NCBI GenBank assembly: GCA_944386125.1
Contig: CALWZX010000001.1
Location: forward strand, 1-46,657
From: an uncultured Clostridia bacterium
GTDB taxonomy: Bacteria > Bacillota > Clostridia > TANB77 > CAG-508
Direction of reading: 5' to 3'
DNA: 46,657 nucleotides
Below are positions 36,784 through 46,359 of this stretch, piece after piece. Under the pieces are notes generated by a model. It did no database searches, was not told the origin of the DNA, and saw only the letters and a list, made by a program, of their open reading frames with translations. Both the position numbers and the translations under genes were made by a program. Each line of letters starts with the position of its first letter. Positions within the stretch are counted from its first letter, which is position 1.

Positions 36784-37380
36784 ATGTCAGAAAGGTTCAT
36801 TCGTTCAGAGACTTGGATGCGGCATAGAATAAACGTTGAAGTCTATTTACCCGTTCCAGGAATTATGGACAAAGAAGAAGCTCCAGCAATGGGAAATAGC
36901 CCACTAGAGCGGGATGAAAACATCATGAAATTTGCAGAAGAAATGTGGTTCCCACAGTATTTTAGGGCGGTAAAAGGAATAATAGAAACTTATGAAAAAA
37001 GCGAAGCTCCTATCAGATTTATCAAGGGGCAACCGATTAGTTTAATTCCTTTGCCTATGGGGGAATACGCAAGACTAGGACATGATGGAAGTATCATAAT
37101 AGATAACGATACAGCTTGTGGTATGAAGAAAATTGGCCCAGGAGCTCAGGTTTTTGGGGTAATGGTTGCTCAAAAAATGTTAGCTTATAAAGGAGCAAAA
37201 CAATTTTCTGAAATCACGAGGCAGATAGTGCCCGACATTGACGAATATTTATTAAAATTTTTATTTGCAGAGCTTTTCGGAGAAATTGTTTGCGGTCAAA
37301 ACGCACCCAGTCTATATTGGATGGATGAAGATTGCAAGAACCATCTCAAGCGAGAAGTTTTAAAAATCGCTTGGCAGTAA
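36784..37380 (+). CDS. Hypothetical protein, compositionally atypical (G/C-ending codons; contains the only ordinary in-frame CGG codons in the window)
   Basis: ATG 36784 behind RBS AAAGGAGG; the track start TTG 36709 is unlikely. About 40% GC in sampled 60-nt lines, compared with about 20-30% for neighbouring hypothetical genes. I recognise no family motif. Confidence 0.6.
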   Translation: MSERFIRSETWMRHRINVEVYLPVPGIMDKEEAPAMGNSPLERDENIMKFAEEMWFPQYFRAVKGIIETYEKSEAPIRFIKGQPISLIPLPMGEYARLGHDGSIIIDNDTACGMKKIGPGAQVFGVMVAQKMLAYKGAKQFSEITRQIVPDIDEYLLKFLFAELFGEIVCGQNAPSLYWMDEDCKNHLKREVLKIAWQ

Positions 37381-37388
37381 AGTTGAAA

Positions 37389-37426
37389 AAGTTTGATGGA
37401 GGGATTATTCTTCCATCAAACTTTTA
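37389..37426 (+). terminator. Rho-independent terminator after the atypical gene
   Basis: 12-bp stem AAGTTTGATGGA / TCCATCAAACTT with an 11-nt loop, then TTTT. Confidence 0.75.
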
Positions 37427-37554
37427 TGGTGGGAATATAGAAAAAATAAATAAAGATAAGAAAGTTAGATAAAATAAAAAATTTGATTATAAAACTTTCT
37501 TGCAATCTAACTAACCACATGATATAATTTTTTTGAGAGAAAAGGAGACAAATT

Positions 37555-38415
37555 ATGAAAAAAAATTATATTTTATATATAGTAATTAGTATTATATGTG
37601 TTGTAGCTATTGGTATTGCAGTATATTATCAAATTTTTGTTGCCAGTCAAGAACAAGAATATTTACCAGAAAATCTTACGAATATAACAGATAATACCAA
37701 TCCTAGTGATGAACCTGAAATGGATCAGGTGAAAGCAGAGTTTAATGAATTATTTAAGAATAATATTAACTTCCAAAAAAATACAGTAACAGGGGTACAA
37801 AAATTAGATGAAACCAAGGAAATAGTATATACAGCATATGCAATAGATCAAGAACAAGATGGAAAATACGATGTAAATATTAATATACCAGTAGTTAATA
37901 TACAAGGAGAAGCTGCTACAGAATATAACCAAATTACACAAACAGTTTTTGCAGACAAAGCTGCAGATGTGCTAAACAATTCAACAGAATTTACAGTTTA
38001 TAATGTAGACTATAGTGCATATATTAATGGAAATATTTTATCAATAGCAATTAAATCTACTTTAAAAGAAGAACGAAGTGCCCAAAGAATTATAGTGCAA
38101 ACATATAATTATGATTTACAAACAGGAGATTCAATAACTCTAAATGATGTATTAAGCTTATACGGAAAAGATCCGGCACAAGTGAATGAAAAAATTGCAA
38201 GAGAAGTGGGAAAAGCAGCAGAACAAGCAGAAGCTTTAGGACAGGCAGTGAGCCAAACAGGACAAACTATATATAAGAGGGATTTAAACAGTGCTATTTA
38301 TATTACAGATAATGTAAGTAACTTTTTTGTAGGAAGAGATGGAGCAATTTATGTAATATATGCATATGGAAATGCAAATGCAACATCAGAATTAGATATT
38401 ATAAAAGTAGACTAG
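37555..38415 (+). CDS. Membrane-anchored protein, DUF4163/DUF3298-like (RsiV/PdaC-type extracytoplasmic domain)
   Basis: N-terminal TM YILYIVISIICVVAIGIAVYY. The pattern YDVNINIPVVNIQGE...YNQIT..., YNYDLQTGDSITLNDVL and FFVGRDGAIYVIYAYGN resembles DUF4163+DUF3298 proteins; this assignment is from memory. Confidence 0.6.
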   Translation: MKKNYILYIVISIICVVAIGIAVYYQIFVASQEQEYLPENLTNITDNTNPSDEPEMDQVKAEFNELFKNNINFQKNTVTGVQKLDETKEIVYTAYAIDQEQDGKYDVNINIPVVNIQGEAATEYNQITQTVFADKAADVLNNSTEFTVYNVDYSAYINGNILSIAIKSTLKEERSAQRIIVQTYNYDLQTGDSITLNDVLSLYGKDPAQVNEKIAREVGKAAEQAEALGQAVSQTGQTIYKRDLNSAIYITDNVSNFFVGRDGAIYVIYAYGNANATSELDIIKVD

Positions 38416-38438
38416 AGAAGAATTCCTTCTCTAGTTTT
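38412..38438 (+). terminator. Hairpin/terminator overlapping the stop of the preceding gene
   Basis: CTAGAGAAG-aattc-CTTCTCTAG followed by TTTT. Confidence 0.65.
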
Positions 38439-38457
38439 AATTAGAAGAGGAAGAATA

Positions 38458-40389
38458 ATGGGAAAAAACATATTAATCACAGAAAAACCATCAGTTGCTA
38501 TGGAATTTGCAAAAGTGTTAGGTGCCAATGGAAAAAGAAATAATGGATACATTGAATCAGAAAAATGGGTAATTACTTGGTGTGTTGGACATCTAGTGAC
38601 TATGAGTTATCCAGAAAAATATGATGAGAAATTTAAATTTTGGAGATTAGATACTTTGCCATTTATTCCAAAAGAATGGAAATATGAAGTAATTGAAAAT
38701 GTGCAAAAGCAATTCCATATTATAGAAGGATTATTAAAAAGAGAAGATATAGAAACTGTATATGTTAGTACTGACTCAGGAAGAGAAGGAGAATATATCT
38801 ATAGGTTAGTAGACCAAATGATAGGAGTTCAAGGAAAAAATAAAAAGCGAGTATGGATTGATTCGCAAACAGAAGAAGAAATTAGAAGAGGAATTGCAGA
38901 GGCAAAAGATTTATCTGAATATGATAGTTTATCAGATAGTGCCTATCTACGTGCAAAAGAGGATTATTTAATAGGAATTAACTTTTCTAGATTATTAACC
39001 ATCATTTATGGAAGAAGAGCTGCTAGCCAAATACATGAGGAGAAAATATCTATTTCAGTAGGTAGAGTTATGACTTGTGTTTTAGGAATGGTAGTACAAA
39101 GAGAAAGGGAAATTCGTAATTTTGTAAAAACACCATTTTATAAAGTTATAGGTAATTTTGGTCAAGATACAAATGTATTAAAGGCAGAATGGAAAGTAAC
39201 GAAAGAATCTAAAATGTGGGAAAGTCCGCACTTATATAACGATACTGGATTTAAAAAAATAGAAGAAGCAAAAAAATTTATATATTCTCTAAAAGATAAA
39301 AAAGCAATTGTAAAAGAGATAAAAAAAACAAAGCAAAAAGAAAATGCCCCACTGTTATTTAATTTAGCAGAAATACAAAATGAATGTACAAAACGCTTTA
39401 AAATTAAACCAGATGAAACTCTAGAAATTATTCAAAACTTATATGAAAATAAATTAGTAACCTATCCCAGAACTGATGCCAGAGTATTATCAACAGCAGT
39501 AGCAAAAGTAATTTCAAAGAATTTGAATGGAATTGCAAAAGGTTATGCAGATGAAGAAATACAAAAATATATTCAAAAAATGGCAGAAGAAAAATATAAA
39601 ACGAATCTAATAGGCACAAAATATGTAAATGATAGTAAAATTACAGATCATTATGCTATTATTCCAACAGGACAGGGATATGAAAATTTAAATAAGTTAC
39701 CAGACCTTCAAAAGCAGGTATATAAAGTAATAGTAAAAAGATTTTTAGCTATTTTTTATCCACCTGCAGAATATGAAAAGGTATCTGTTACTATACTTGT
39801 AGAAAACGAGGAATTTTCAACAAGCGGAAGAATATGTAAAAACGAGGGATATTTATATGTCTTATCCACAACAAAGGCACAAAATGTGGATAAAACAGAA
39901 GAAAATACAGAAAAAGAAAACAATGTAAGTATATTGAAAGAATTAAAAAAGAATGAGGAAATTCCGGTACAAAATTACGAAACAAAAGATGCAGAAACTT
40001 CTCCTCCTAATAGGTATAACTCAGGTTCTATAATACTTGCTATGGAGAATGCAGGAAAATTAATAGAAGAAGAGGAATTAAGAGAGCAAATTAAAGGAGC
40101 AGGAATAGGAACAAGTGCAACAAGAGCAGAAATTATTAAAAAATTAGAAAAAATTCAATATATTACGATTAATACAAAAACACAAATTATTACTCCAACG
40201 CAAAAAGGAGAAGTAATATATGACATCATTAAGAATTCTATGCCAGATATGTTGAACCCAAAATTAACAGCAAGCTGGGAAAAAGGATTAGATATGGTGG
40301 CAAAAAAAGAAATTCCTTCAGAAGAGTTTATGAAAAAATTAGAAGCATACATACAAACAAAGTTTGATAGACTAATTATAAAAAGATAA
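38458..40389 (+). CDS. topB: DNA topoisomerase III (type IA)
   Basis: Toprim N-terminus ILITEKPSVAMEFAKVLG...WCVGHLV. DxD-like region VSTDSGREGEYIYR. Catalytic Tyr context NKLVTYPRTDARVLS. 643 aa. Confidence 0.9.
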   Translation: MGKNILITEKPSVAMEFAKVLGANGKRNNGYIESEKWVITWCVGHLVTMSYPEKYDEKFKFWRLDTLPFIPKEWKYEVIENVQKQFHIIEGLLKREDIETVYVSTDSGREGEYIYRLVDQMIGVQGKNKKRVWIDSQTEEEIRRGIAEAKDLSEYDSLSDSAYLRAKEDYLIGINFSRLLTIIYGRRAASQIHEEKISISVGRVMTCVLGMVVQREREIRNFVKTPFYKVIGNFGQDTNVLKAEWKVTKESKMWESPHLYNDTGFKKIEEAKKFIYSLKDKKAIVKEIKKTKQKENAPLLFNLAEIQNECTKRFKIKPDETLEIIQNLYENKLVTYPRTDARVLSTAVAKVISKNLNGIAKGYADEEIQKYIQKMAEEKYKTNLIGTKYVNDSKITDHYAIIPTGQGYENLNKLPDLQKQVYKVIVKRFLAIFYPPAEYEKVSVTILVENEEFSTSGRICKNEGYLYVLSTTKAQNVDKTEENTEKENNVSILKELKKNEEIPVQNYETKDAETSPPNRYNSGSIILAMENAGKLIEEEELREQIKGAGIGTSATRAEIIKKLEKIQYITINTKTQIITPTQKGEVIYDIIKNSMPDMLNPKLTASWEKGLDMVAKKEIPSEEFMKKLEAYIQTKFDRLIIKR

Positions 40390-40410
40390 TAAAAGCTTAT
40401 AGGGTTAAAA

Positions 40411-40437
40411 AAGAACTTGAATTTTCAAGTTCTTTTT
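40411..40437 (+). terminator. Rho-independent terminator after topB
   Basis: AAGAACTTG-aatttt-CAAGTTCTT followed by TTT. Confidence 0.8.
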
Positions 40438-40522
40438 GTGTAAAATTTAAAATTCACATTTTATGTTAAGAAAACATAAAATATAGCAAAATAAAATCTT
40501 AACTAAGAAAGGAATGAAAAAA

Positions 40523-41773
40523 ATGTATAGTTACATAATAGAGGGAAACCATTCTTTACAAGGAAGTGTGGAAATATCTGGTTCAAAAAATGCATCATTA
40601 CCTATTATAGCAGCTACAATTTTGAATAAAAACACAAGTAAGTTATATAATATTCCAGAGATTCGAGATACAAAAATTACATTGGAGATTATGAAATTAT
40701 TAGGGGCAAAAGTAAAAAAGGTAAATGGAAAAGTACAAATTAATACAAAAGATATAAACAAAACACAAATTCCAGAAGAACTTATGGGAAAAATGAGATC
40801 TACCGTAATTTTAGCAGGAGCAATTTTAGGTAGATTTAAAGAAGTAACATTTTCTTATCCAGGAGGATGTGATATAGGAGCAAGACCAATAGACTTACAT
40901 TTGAAAGCTTTTGAAAAATTAGGAATAAATATTGAAGAAAACTATGGATTTATTAGGTGTAAGTGTGATAAAATAAAGGGGACGGATATTGACCTAGACT
41001 TTCCAAGTGTAGGAGCAACAGAAAATATCATTTTGGCTTCAGTTTTGGCAGAAGGCGTGACAACAATAAGTAATGCTGCTATGGAGCCAGAAATAGAAGA
41101 TTTAGCAAAATTTTTAAATAAAATGGGAGCAAAAATAGAAGGGGCAGGAACAAACTTTATTACAATAACAGGTGTACAAAAATTAAAAGAAGTTAGTTAT
41201 AAAGTAATGCCAGACAGAATAGAAGCAGGAACATTCTTATGTATAGGTGCAGCAACTGCAGGAGACATTCAAATAACGAACGTTAATCCAGAACATTTAG
41301 TACCAGCTATACATAAACTTCAAGAAATGGGATGTATGATTGAAGAAAAAAAGAATGCAGTTCGATTGATAGCACCTAAAAGATTAAAAGCTGTTGATAT
41401 AAAAACAATGCCATATCCAGGTTTCCCAACAGATTTACAATCTGTATTTGGAGCAACATTATCTATAGCAAAGGGAACTTCTGTTATTGTAGAAAATATT
41501 TTTGAGAATCGATATAAATATACCTCTGAACTCAAGAAAATGGGAGCAAAAATCCAAATTGAAGGGAAAATAGCAGTTATTAAAGGCATAAGAAAACTAC
41601 ATAGTGCTAAAGTAGAAGCATCAGACTTAAGAGGCGGAGCTGCACTAGTTATTGCGGCATTAACGGCAAAAGGCAAAACCCAGATAGATAAAATAGAATA
41701 TATTTTAAGAGGATATGAAAACTTTGAACAGAAATTAAGAAAAATAGGTGGAAAAATACAAAGAACTAATTAA
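40523..41773 (+). CDS. murA: UDP-N-acetylglucosamine 1-carboxyvinyltransferase
   Basis: LQGSVEISGSKNASLPI, active-site Cys in YPGGCDIGARPIDLH, FPTDLQ and DLRGGAALVIAAL. ATG 40523 is preferred over 40514 because the RBS AGAAAGGA abuts 40514. Confidence 0.92.
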   Translation: MYSYIIEGNHSLQGSVEISGSKNASLPIIAATILNKNTSKLYNIPEIRDTKITLEIMKLLGAKVKKVNGKVQINTKDINKTQIPEELMGKMRSTVILAGAILGRFKEVTFSYPGGCDIGARPIDLHLKAFEKLGINIEENYGFIRCKCDKIKGTDIDLDFPSVGATENIILASVLAEGVTTISNAAMEPEIEDLAKFLNKMGAKIEGAGTNFITITGVQKLKEVSYKVMPDRIEAGTFLCIGAATAGDIQITNVNPEHLVPAIHKLQEMGCMIEEKKNAVRLIAPKRLKAVDIKTMPYPGFPTDLQSVFGATLSIAKGTSVIVENIFENRYKYTSELKKMGAKIQIEGKIAVIKGIRKLHSAKVEASDLRGGAALVIAALTAKGKTQIDKIEYILRGYENFEQKLRKIGGKIQRTN

Positions 41774-41806
41774 AATATACAACAATACAAAAGGAGGACA
41801 TAACTC

Positions 41807-42817
41807 TTGACTAGAAATAGAGAAAAGAAAAAAGATAAAAAATATGTAAGCCAAATTGTAGTAAAAAAAGGAAAGCATGAACAAGAAAACCAAGAAGGAG
41901 TATTTAACTTTGATGATGAAGTTATTTTAGGAGTTAATACTCCTCCCAAAACAAAAGATAACACTCCTACTCAATCTACAAAAAAGAATAAAAAGCACAA
42001 AAAGAAAAAGCAAAAAGAAGTAAAAGAAATAAATAAAAACATTCCTAAATCAGTACAGCAAGAAAGGCAAAAAGCCAAAAGAAAAAGAATGCGTATATTC
42101 AAAATCATAAAAATGATAATATTAATAGCTATATTTATTACCTTATTATGTGTTTTTTTACTTTCTCCAGTATTTGATGTGAAAAATATAGAAGTATCAG
42201 GAAATGAAAAATTAACAGTAGAGCAAATTATTAGTTTATCAGGAATTATAACCGGAGAAAATACATTTAAATTTAGTGCAAGAGGGGCAAAAGAAAAGAT
42301 AAAAGAAAATGCATATGTAGAAAACGTAAAAGTAGAAAGAAAATTACCATCAGGAGTACAAATAGTTATTCAAGAAAGAACACCAGCATTTTTGATGGAA
42401 TATGGAAGTAGTTACATATATTTAGACAGCCAAGGTTATATATTAGAAATTGCTACCGAAAAATTGGACTTGCCAATCATACAGGGTATTATAACACCAG
42501 AAGAAAAATTGGTTGCAGGAGAACGATTAGAAAAAGAAGATTTGGAAAAATTAAATGTTGTATTAGAAATTATCAAATCTGCAGAGGCTAATGGAATATT
42601 AGAACAATTAACTAAAATAGATATAGCAGATAAACAAGATTATAAAATGATTTTAAATTCTGGACAAGTAACAGCTCATTTGGGGGACTGTTCTACAATA
42701 GGAACAAGAATGCTATATGTAAAAGCCATTTTGGAAGATAATCTTGGAGTTGCAGGAGAAATTTTCGTTAATATGGATTTAAACACAGAAAATCCATTTT
42801 TTAGGAAAAAAGTTTAA
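41807..42817 (+). CDS. ftsQ: Cell division protein FtsQ/DivIB
   Basis: TTG start 9 nt after AGGAGG. Long Lys-rich cytoplasmic N-terminus, single TM, POTRA-like VKNIEVSGNEKLTVEQIISLSGI. Conserved position before ylxW/ylxX-sbp-ftsA-ftsZ. Confidence 0.8.
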   Translation: MTRNREKKKDKKYVSQIVVKKGKHEQENQEGVFNFDDEVILGVNTPPKTKDNTPTQSTKKNKKHKKKKQKEVKEINKNIPKSVQQERQKAKRKRMRIFKIIKMIILIAIFITLLCVFLLSPVFDVKNIEVSGNEKLTVEQIISLSGIITGENTFKFSARGAKEKIKENAYVENVKVERKLPSGVQIVIQERTPAFLMEYGSSYIYLDSQGYILEIATEKLDLPIIQGIITPEEKLVAGERLEKEDLEKLNVVLEIIKSAEANGILEQLTKIDIADKQDYKMILNSGQVTAHLGDCSTIGTRMLYVKAILEDNLGVAGEIFVNMDLNTENPFFRKKV

Positions 42818-42841
42818 AAAGTTAAGATAGGAAGTGAAAAT

Positions 42842-43567
42842 ATGAAAAAGTGGAAAATAGCTTGTATAATAGGTCTTACTTGTGTTTTATTAACAATTGC
42901 TATTTGTGTGCAATTAAATACTATGAAAGAGGCTAATTCAACAGTATCTTCAGATTATGCGGAAAATAGTTTGCGAGATGAAGTATTAAAAGCAAAACAA
43001 AAATATGATGAAACAGTCAATCAATTAGACGAGAAAGAAAAAGAATTAGCAAAAGTAAGGGAAGAGGCTACTAAAGATAATGAATCAGCTTCACAAAAAG
43101 AAGCTCAAATTAAAGAAAATAATAATTTAATAGGAATAACAGAATTAGAAGGAGAAGGAATAGAAATTCTAGTACAAGATGATCCAAATGTTAGTACAGA
43201 AACAATAGGAGCTCTAGATTCGATTGAAAATCACATTGTACACGATGGAGATTTAAGATGGATTGTCAATGTATTAAATAATGCTGGAGCAGAAGCAATA
43301 GAAATTAATGGACAAAGAATAGTCAACTCTACAGCAATTACTTGTGTAGGAAATGTAATAAAAATTAATGATGTAAAAGTAGCATCTCCATTTACTATTC
43401 AAGCTATTGGATATCAAGCAAGCCTAATGGGGATTGATATGCCAGGAGGATATATTGATTATATGAGAGACTGGGGAGTTGTGGTTAATATTAAAAAGGT
43501 AAATAAAGTAAAAATTGAGAAATATACAGGAGCATTACAGTCTAAATATATGCAGATTGCTAATTAG
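42842..43567 (+). CDS. DUF881-family protein (YlxW/YlxX-like)
   Basis: N-terminal TM, coiled coil, then the DUF881-like core EGEGIEILVQDD...LRWIVNVLNNAGAEAIEINGQRIV...SPFTIQAIG. Confidence 0.8.
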   Translation: MKKWKIACIIGLTCVLLTIAICVQLNTMKEANSTVSSDYAENSLRDEVLKAKQKYDETVNQLDEKEKELAKVREEATKDNESASQKEAQIKENNNLIGITELEGEGIEILVQDDPNVSTETIGALDSIENHIVHDGDLRWIVNVLNNAGAEAIEINGQRIVNSTAITCVGNVIKINDVKVASPFTIQAIGYQASLMGIDMPGGYIDYMRDWGVVVNIKKVNKVKIEKYTGALQSKYMQIAN

Positions 43568-43582
43568 AAAGGAGTGTAAATT

Positions 43583-44284
43583 TTGAAAAAGGAAAAAAAC
43601 ATAATCATCATATCTATTATGCTAGTATGTATTATATTAACAGCAGTTATATTAGTGCAATTCAAGGCTGTAGAAGAAACAGATATTACAGGAATAAAAA
43701 CTGCTCAAGAAAGTGAACTAAAAACTATGCTTTCTAGTTGGAAAACAAAATATGAAGAGGCTGCAGAAAAATTAGCAGAGACAGAACAAAAAATTCAGGA
43801 ATATGAGGCTAAGATGTCATCTGATGAAGAGGCAGAAGAATTATTAGATGAGGAACTAATGCAAACTAACATATTAGCGGGAAAAACAGATGTATCTGGA
43901 CAAGGGGTTATAGTAACTTTGTCAGATAATAATGAAAAAGAAATTGTATCAGATGATTTAATCAGATTAGTTAATGAATTACGCTTAGCAGGTGCGGAAG
44001 CTATTTCAATTAATGATAAAAGAGTTTTAAATACTACCGAAATTGTAGATGTAAATGGGAATATTTTAGTAAATACAGAAAGAGTAGCAACTCCCTATAT
44101 TGTTAAAGCTATTGGAAATCAAACTTATTTATCTAGTGCGTTAAGTCTAAAGAATAGTGGTTTTATAGATACCTGTACTAATGAAGGAAAAACAGTAGAA
44201 ATGAAGCAAGAAAACAATGTAAAAATACTTGCGTATAACGGAGAAAGACAAATGAAATATGCTAAGGAGGTTGAAGAAGAATGA
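43583..44284 (+). CDS. DUF881-family protein (second paralog)
   Basis: TTG start 8 nt after AAAGGAG. Core is SGQGVIVTLSDN...LIRLVNELRLAGAEAISINDKRV...TPYIVKAIG. Confidence 0.8.
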   Translation: MKKEKNIIIISIMLVCIILTAVILVQFKAVEETDITGIKTAQESELKTMLSSWKTKYEEAAEKLAETEQKIQEYEAKMSSDEEAEELLDEELMQTNILAGKTDVSGQGVIVTLSDNNEKEIVSDDLIRLVNELRLAGAEAISINDKRVLNTTEIVDVNGNILVNTERVATPYIVKAIGNQTYLSSALSLKNSGFIDTCTNEGKTVEMKQENNVKILAYNGERQMKYAKEVEEE

Positions 44285-44685
44285 TTATAGTAATAGCAAT
44301 CATAATAGGATGCGTTGTAGGAGCATTGATTGGACTAAATATTCCTACGATTCCATATACATATTCTAGTTATTTGGCAATAGCTATTATTGCTGCATTA
44401 GATTCTGTATTTGGAGCAATTACATCTATATTAAATGGAAAATTTGACTTGAAAATTTTCTTATCAGGTTTTTTTGTTAATGCAATTTTAGCTATAGCAT
44501 TAACTTATTTAGGTCAAAAATTAAACGTGGATATATATCTTGCCGCAGTAGTGGTTTTTGTAGGAAGAATGTTCAATAATTTAGGAACCATTCGTAGATA
44601 TTATGTAGAAAAATTATCAAACAAAAAGATATTTGAAAAAGCAGAGCAAATTATAAAAAAAGCTAAAAAAGAAGAAAAGCAATAG
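44281..44685 (+). CDS. sbp: Small basic protein Sbp (DUF1290)
   Basis: ATGA overlap with the preceding gene. YSSYLAIAIIAALDSVFGA...FLSGFFVNAILAIALTYLG...FNNLGTIRRY matches B. subtilis Sbp, in the conserved position before ftsA. Confidence 0.85.
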   Translation: MIIVIAIIIGCVVGALIGLNIPTIPYTYSSYLAIAIIAALDSVFGAITSILNGKFDLKIFLSGFFVNAILAIALTYLGQKLNVDIYLAAVVVFVGRMFNNLGTIRRYYVEKLSNKKIFEKAEQIIKKAKKEEKQ

Positions 44686-45081
44686 TTTTTATAAAAAACG
44701 TTTTACGAAATAGTTATTAGAATCTTACAAGTTAATAGTCTTATTAAACTTATATCATATTCTAGATATTATGTATATTTTAGATTTTTTAAGATTTATT
44801 GAAATGAATAAGGTAGATTTCTTTCATTTTGATAGGGTTTGGTAAATCTACATAGGTACAACAAAAATTCTTTAAATATACGCAATATCTAGATTTTTAT
44901 ATAAAAAACACTTGAAAAATCAATAGAAAAATGTTATATATTTACATTAACCGACAAAAAAAGACAATGTTACAAAAAGATTACAAAAAGATTACGAAAT
45001 TATAACAAATCTATTGACTTTTTTTGTGAAATATAATATTCTTATACAAGTAATAAGAACGGTAAATTGGAGGAGTTAATC

Positions 45082-46311
45082 TTGGCAATAGGAGATATAA
45101 TTGTAGGAATTGACATTGGCACTTCTAAAGTAAGTTTAGTAGTCGGAGAAGTGAATAATTTTAATCAAATAGAAGTTATATGTAATACAAGTTATAAATG
45201 CAATGGAATAAAAAAATGTAAAATTATTGACGAAGATGAAATTGCTCTTGCAATTTCAAAAGTAATACAAGAAGCAGAAGCAGAAACAGAATTAAAAATT
45301 AACTCTGCCTATGTAACTATACCGGGAAAATACATAACTATTGTACAAAACAGTATTACGAAAGAATGTAAAGATAAATATGCAGGAATTTCATCAAAAG
45401 ATGTAACTTCAGCTATCATGCAGGTAAAAGATGTAGAAGTTCCTGAAGGAAAAACAATGATAGACATTATTACAGATAAATTTTTGTTAGAAGATGGAAG
45501 AGTTGTACAAGATCCTATAGGAAATTTAAGTGCCGGATTCACTTTGGTAGCACAAGTTATTTTAGCAGAGAGAGATTACGTAAGACAATTGACTAGCATC
45601 TTCAAAAAAGCAGGATTAGAGATAGATGGAATAGTTCCAACAAGTTTAGCAGAGAGAAATTTAATGCTAGATACAAATGAATTATCTGATAATGTTATGC
45701 TTTTAGATATAGGGGCAGGAAATACTGAAATTGGAGTTTTTGAAGGAAATGGATTAATTTTTGCAGATACTATTCCTTTAGGAGGAAACAGTATTACTTC
45801 AGATATTTCTTTAGTACTTAATATTTCAGAAGAGGAAGCAGAAAAATTAAAAAGACAATATGGTTTAGCAATGAAATCTTACATAGATAATGATAATGAA
45901 ATTATACTAAATACTTATAAAGGCGAAGCAAAAACAACAGCAATAAAAAGTTCAGAATTAATTGAAATTATAGAAGCAAGAATAGAAGAGATATTTTCAC
46001 TAGTTAATAAAGATGTTACTGCAGCAGGAGTTAAACAAAGAATTAATACAGTCATTTTAACCGGACAAGGGATTACTAACATTAGTAAAAGCGATGTGGC
46101 TGGAAAAGTAATATTAAATATTCCTGTAAAAATCTCAACAGGAAGATTAATTAGTACAGTGAGACCTGAATTTAGAACAGCATATTCTTTAGTACGTTAT
46201 ATTGCAGGAAGACCTTTTGCCAAAAGAGTATCAAGTAATATTGATACTAATTCACAAGAAAGTTTCTTTAAAACCATATTAGAAAGAATTAAAGAATTTT
46301 TTTATTCGTAA
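45082..46311 (+). CDS. ftsA: Cell division protein FtsA
   Basis: Actin-like ATPase motifs IVGIDIGTSKV and LLDIGAGNTEIGVF. The TTG at 45082 lies 8 nt after GGAGG (45069-45073); the ORF-track start TTG 45067 overlaps that RBS. Confidence 0.9.
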   Translation: MAIGDIIVGIDIGTSKVSLVVGEVNNFNQIEVICNTSYKCNGIKKCKIIDEDEIALAISKVIQEAEAETELKINSAYVTIPGKYITIVQNSITKECKDKYAGISSKDVTSAIMQVKDVEVPEGKTMIDIITDKFLLEDGRVVQDPIGNLSAGFTLVAQVILAERDYVRQLTSIFKKAGLEIDGIVPTSLAERNLMLDTNELSDNVMLLDIGAGNTEIGVFEGNGLIFADTIPLGGNSITSDISLVLNISEEEAEKLKRQYGLAMKSYIDNDNEIILNTYKGEAKTTAIKSSELIEIIEARIEEIFSLVNKDVTAAGVKQRINTVILTGQGITNISKSDVAGKVILNIPVKISTGRLISTVRPEFRTAYSLVRYIAGRPFAKRVSSNIDTNSQESFFKTILERIKEFFYS

Positions 46312-46359
46312 TTCATAAGAAAAGAATAAAATAGCAAATAAAATAAGGAGGAAACAAAA

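Noticed and set aside
38458-40389. Topoisomerase III as a marker of an integrated conjugative element, together with the atypical gene at 36.8 kb.
   Set aside because: There is no integrase, relaxase, T4SS/T4CP gene, flanking direct repeat or tRNA target in the neighbourhood. topB has host-like composition, and chromosomal topB is common in Firmicutes.
45014-45037. TTGACT ... TATAAT pair upstream of ftsA as a promoter.
   Set aside because: The spacer is only 12 nt (45020-45031), too short for a sigma-A promoter, so I did not call it.
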